This document shows, piece by piece, positions 50,094 to 53,152 of a DNA stretch of 53,152 nt; within the stretch, counting starts at the first letter, position 1, and each line of letters begins with the position of its first letter. The stretch comes from an uncultured Gemmatimonadales bacterium (GTDB lineage Bacteria; Pseudomonadota; Gammaproteobacteria; Pseudomonadales; IMCC2047), in the NCBI GenBank assembly GCA_964195105.1, contig CAXMOT010000038.1, forward strand, positions 1 through 53,152, written 5' to 3'. Below the pieces are notes generated by a model. The model had not been told where the DNA came from and did not search any database. It was given only the letters and a program-made list of their open reading frames with translations. The position numbers and the translations under genes were made by a program.

Positions 50094-51377
50094 ATGAGCA
50101 TCCTTATCAGCGGCGGACGCATCCTCGACCCGGCAAACCAGGTCGATCAAATCGATGACCTTTACATCTCAGACGGCAAGGTAATGGCATTCGGGGCATC
50201 TGCCCGCAAGTTTACCCCCGAGACAACCATCGATGCCTCCGGGCTGGTCGTGGCACCGGGATTTATTGACCTCGGCACCCATATCCCCGAGCCCGGCTAT
50301 GAGCACAAGGGCTCCATCGCAAGTGAAACCCATGCTGCGGCCGCGGGCGGCTATACCAGCCTGTGCTGTACTCCGGACACCGCGCCGATCATAGACAGCC
50401 CCTCGGTGGCAACACTCATCCAGGATCGCGCCCGCGAGCACGCTTATACCCACCTGTATCCGGTAGGCGCGCTGACCAAGGGCCTGGCTGGCTCCCAGCT
50501 CAGCGAGATGAGTACACTGAAGGATGCAGGCTGCGTCGCGGTCAGCAACTTACGCCGCCCGTTTGAGAATAACCGGATTCTGCTACGCTGCCTTGAGTAC
50601 GCGGCGAGTCTAGACATGCTGGTGCTGTTCAGCCCTTGCGATAGTGCGCTGGAAGAAGGCGGCTGTGCTCACCAGGGCAGTTATGCCACGCGACTCGGCT
50701 TACCCGGCATTCCCTCCAGCGCTGAAACTGTAGCGCTGGCGCGAGACCTGCTACTGGTAGAACAAACCGGTGTGCGCGCGCATTTTGGCCCATTATCGAC
50801 CGTCCGATCGGTAGAGCTCATTGCCGAGGCACAGACCCGGGGCTTAAGCGTTACGGCAGATGTGAGTATTTATCATTTGCTCGAGACTGAGGCCGCGATC
50901 CAGGATTTTAATAGCCTCTACCATATTCAGCCACCGCTGCGCACCGCCGAAGATCGCACCGCACTGCAACAGGGGCTGCGGGACGGCGTCTTGAGCGCAA
51001 TCCGCTCAGACCACCATCCCCACGAAACGGCCGCCAAAATGGCCCCGTTTGCCGCCACTGCGGCGGGCATCTCAACATTGGAAACCGTGCTGCCGCAGGC
51101 GCTGCAACTGGTTGAGCAAAATGTATTGGGGTTGGGGGAATTGATCGACCGGCTGACCCATGGTCCGGCCAGCATCATTGGCTTAACGGCCGGCACGCTT
51201 GGCATCGGGCAGGCTGCAGATATTTGTATCTTTGCCCCGCAGGAAAGCTGGCAGCTTAGGTTGGATTCATTGATTTCCAGCGGACAAAATACGCCGTTGC
51301 TCAACACCGAGCTCAGTGGCCGGGTCCGTTATACCTATACCGGCGGCACACGCACCTACCAATCGCAGCGTTTGTAA
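50094..51377 (+). CDS. pyrC': Dihydroorotase-like protein, probably inactive PyrC'
   Basis: Amidohydrolase fold with PGFIDLGTH (first His of the HxH metal motif replaced), PPLR, SDHHPH; follows pyrB. Confidence 0.85.
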   Translation: MSILISGGRILDPANQVDQIDDLYISDGKVMAFGASARKFTPETTIDASGLVVAPGFIDLGTHIPEPGYEHKGSIASETHAAAAGGYTSLCCTPDTAPIIDSPSVATLIQDRAREHAYTHLYPVGALTKGLAGSQLSEMSTLKDAGCVAVSNLRRPFENNRILLRCLEYAASLDMLVLFSPCDSALEEGGCAHQGSYATRLGLPGIPSSAETVALARDLLLVEQTGVRAHFGPLSTVRSVELIAEAQTRGLSVTADVSIYHLLETEAAIQDFNSLYHIQPPLRTAEDRTALQQGLRDGVLSAIRSDHHPHETAAKMAPFAATAAGISTLETVLPQALQLVEQNVLGLGELIDRLTHGPASIIGLTAGTLGIGQAADICIFAPQESWQLRLDSLISSGQNTPLLNTELSGRVRYTYTGGTRTYQSQRL

Positions 51378-51496
51378 AAAGCCATCAGCTGCTATAAAGA
51401 GCCTTCAGCTACTCGATACAACGCCTTCAACGGTAAAACAAAAACCCCCGGCTTTTAAAAAAAGCCTTCAGCACAAACTTATTTTATGCCTCAGCG
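51376..51496. repeat. Degenerate ~21-bp-period tandem repeat
   Basis: GCC(T/A)TCAGC-like cores at 51381, 51401, 51423, 51444 (degenerate), 51464 and 51488, mostly after A-rich runs. Confidence 0.5.
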
Positions 51497-52630
51497 CCGG
51501 AATGGCGAATCGGTGGTTGATTCCAGCGAAAGCTTACCTGCCGCCGCCATCTGGTCTTCGATATAGGTGTCCGAATCCAGTTTGATCATGAGGCGCAGGT
51601 CGTTCATGGAGTCGGCATGGACTAACGCCGCATCGTAGCTGATATCACCAGCCTTGTAGGCCTTGAATAGAGCCTGGTCAAAGGTATGCATGCCGAGTTC
51701 AGTGGAACGTACCATAATATCCTTCAACAAATGCACCTCACCCTTGCGGATGTGGTCCGACATGATGGGTGTATTAATCAGCACCTCGGTGACGACGGTC
51801 CTGCCGCTGCCGTCAGCTGAGGGAATCAGCTGCTGCGCAACGATTGCCCTGAGGTTAAGGGACAGATCCATCCACACCTGGGAGTGACGATCGGCGGGGA
51901 AAAAGTTCATGATACGGCCAAAGGCCTGGTTTGCATTGTTCGCATGCAAAGTCGCCAGGCACAGGTGACCGGTGTCGGCGAACACGATCGAGTGCTCCAT
52001 GGTTTCGCGGGTTCGAACCTCACCCACCATGATCACGTCTGGCGCCTGCCGCAGCGTATTGCGCAATGCTACTTCAAAGGATTCGGTATCAATGCCCACC
52101 TCGCGCTGGGTGATGATACATTTATCGTGCTGGTGAATATATTCGATCGGATCTTCAATGCTGACGATATGGCCGTCGCTGTTCTTGTTGCGGTAACCGA
52201 TCATCGACGCCAGGGAGGTCGACTTACCGGTGCTGGTTGCGCCTACAAACAGAATCAAACCACGCTTGGTCATGGCCAGCTCATTGATCACATCCGGCAA
52301 GCCAAGCTCACCTGCGGTGGGAATGTGCGTTTCGATGCGTCGCAGCACCATACCGACCAGGTTACGCTGGTAAAATGCGCTGACCCGAAACCGGCCAACG
52401 CCGCGAACGCTGATGGCGAAATTGCACTCGTGGCTCAACATAAACTCTTTACGCTGGGCTTCGTTCATCGCTCCCAGCACTATTTCACGGGCTTTTTCCG
52501 GACTCAGTGATTCAGGGGTGAGTTGCTTGATTACCCCATCCACTTTCATGCTCGGCGGCAAACCGGCAGTAATAAATAAATCCGACGACTTTTTATCAGC
52601 CATCAGCCTGAGCATCTTATCTAGGTCCAC
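51491..52630 (-). CDS. pilU: Type IV pilus retraction ATPase PilU
   Basis: SDLFITAG, VGATSTGKST, IEDPIE, QREVG, LRQAPDVI, TLHANNANQA; GTG start after GGAG. Confidence 0.95.
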   Translation of the reverse strand: MDLDKMLRLMADKKSSDLFITAGLPPSMKVDGVIKQLTPESLSPEKAREIVLGAMNEAQRKEFMLSHECNFAISVRGVGRFRVSAFYQRNLVGMVLRRIETHIPTAGELGLPDVINELAMTKRGLILFVGATSTGKSTSLASMIGYRNKNSDGHIVSIEDPIEYIHQHDKCIITQREVGIDTESFEVALRNTLRQAPDVIMVGEVRTRETMEHSIVFADTGHLCLATLHANNANQAFGRIMNFFPADRHSQVWMDLSLNLRAIVAQQLIPSADGSGRTVVTEVLINTPIMSDHIRKGEVHLLKDIMVRSTELGMHTFDQALFKAYKAGDISYDAALVHADSMNDLRLMIKLDSDTYIEDQMAAAGKLSLESTTDSPFRR

Positions 52631-52667
52631 CGGGCTCTCCTTGGTTTAATGTGCGATCACTTAATAG

Positions 52668-53152
52668 TTATATAAAGCTATCAGGACTCACCGACTTTTC
52701 CCTGGCGACTTCCTTGGTAATCATACCTTTCTGAATTAAATCTTTCAGCGACTGGTCCAAGGTTACCATACCGTAGGACGCACCGGTCTGGATCGCAGAG
52801 TACATCTGCGCGACTTTGTCTTCCCGAATCAGGTTGCGAATCGCGGGCGTTGTAATCAGGATCTCATGGGCCGCACAGCGACCACCGCCCGTTTTCTTCA
52901 ACAAGGTCTGGGATATTACGCCCTGCAGCGATTCCGACAACATGGAACGTACCATTGATTTTTCTTCCCCCGGAAACACGTCAATGATCCGGTCAATGGT
53001 TTTTGCGGCAGAGGTGGTGTGCAGCGTGCCGAATACCAGGTGACCAGTCTCGGCTGCCGTCAGCGCCAGGCGAATAGTTTCCAGGTCGCGCAGCTCACCA
53101 ACCAGGATAACATCGGGATCTTCCCGCAACGCCGAGCGCAGGGCTTCATTAA
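52668..53152 (-). CDS. pilT: Type IV pilus retraction ATPase PilT (3' part; continues beyond window)
   Basis: ALRSALREDPDVILVGELRD, AAETGHLVFGTLHT, AIRNLIRE motif. Confidence 0.95.
   Translation of the reverse strand, partial: NEALRSALREDPDVILVGELRDLETIRLALTAAETGHLVFGTLHTTSAAKTIDRIIDVFPGEEKSMVRSMLSESLQGVISQTLLKKTGGGRCAAHEILITTPAIRNLIREDKVAQMYSAIQTGASYGMVTLDQSLKDLIQKGMITKEVAREKSVSPDSFI

Noticed and set aside
51376-51496. CRISPR array
   Set aside because: Cores of about 9 bp, period about 21 bp, no 30-40 bp unique spacers, no cas genes.

Overview
A mostly housekeeping chromosomal region from a gammaproteobacterium with Pseudomonas-like gene order (inferred from synteny, not assigned by search). 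It opens with tmRNA (ssrA, tag ANDDNYALAA) and a short accessory-looking stretch: clan GH-A glycosidase lipoprotein, hemN, nhaD, nnrS and a tyrosine-phosphatase-family gene. Then come ilvE-glnE, an orphan GspE/PilB-type ATPase, argE-argA, a D-2-hydroxyglutarate dehydrogenase-like gene/serA/ThDP decarboxylase group, tkt-pgk, the sahR-metK-ahcY-metF-rsmE cluster, a reduced Pil-Chp chemosensory cluster (pilGHIJ-chpA-chpC, no pilK/chpB), gshB-tonB-yqgE-ruvX-pyrR-pyrB-pyrC' and pilU/pilT (truncated by the window edge). No CRISPR array, integrase, transposase, prophage or recognisable defence gene is visible. The least-explained signals are non-coding: a family of ERIC-like structured repeats, including one two-armed miniature inverted-repeat element nested inside another (13774-14309). 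Other notable points are a possible 2-oxoglutarate decarboxylase next to serA/D2HGDH, a PilJ with a long acidic tail, and candidate SahR and FNR-family operators. I cannot claim a confirmed novel multi-gene system; these are hypotheses.
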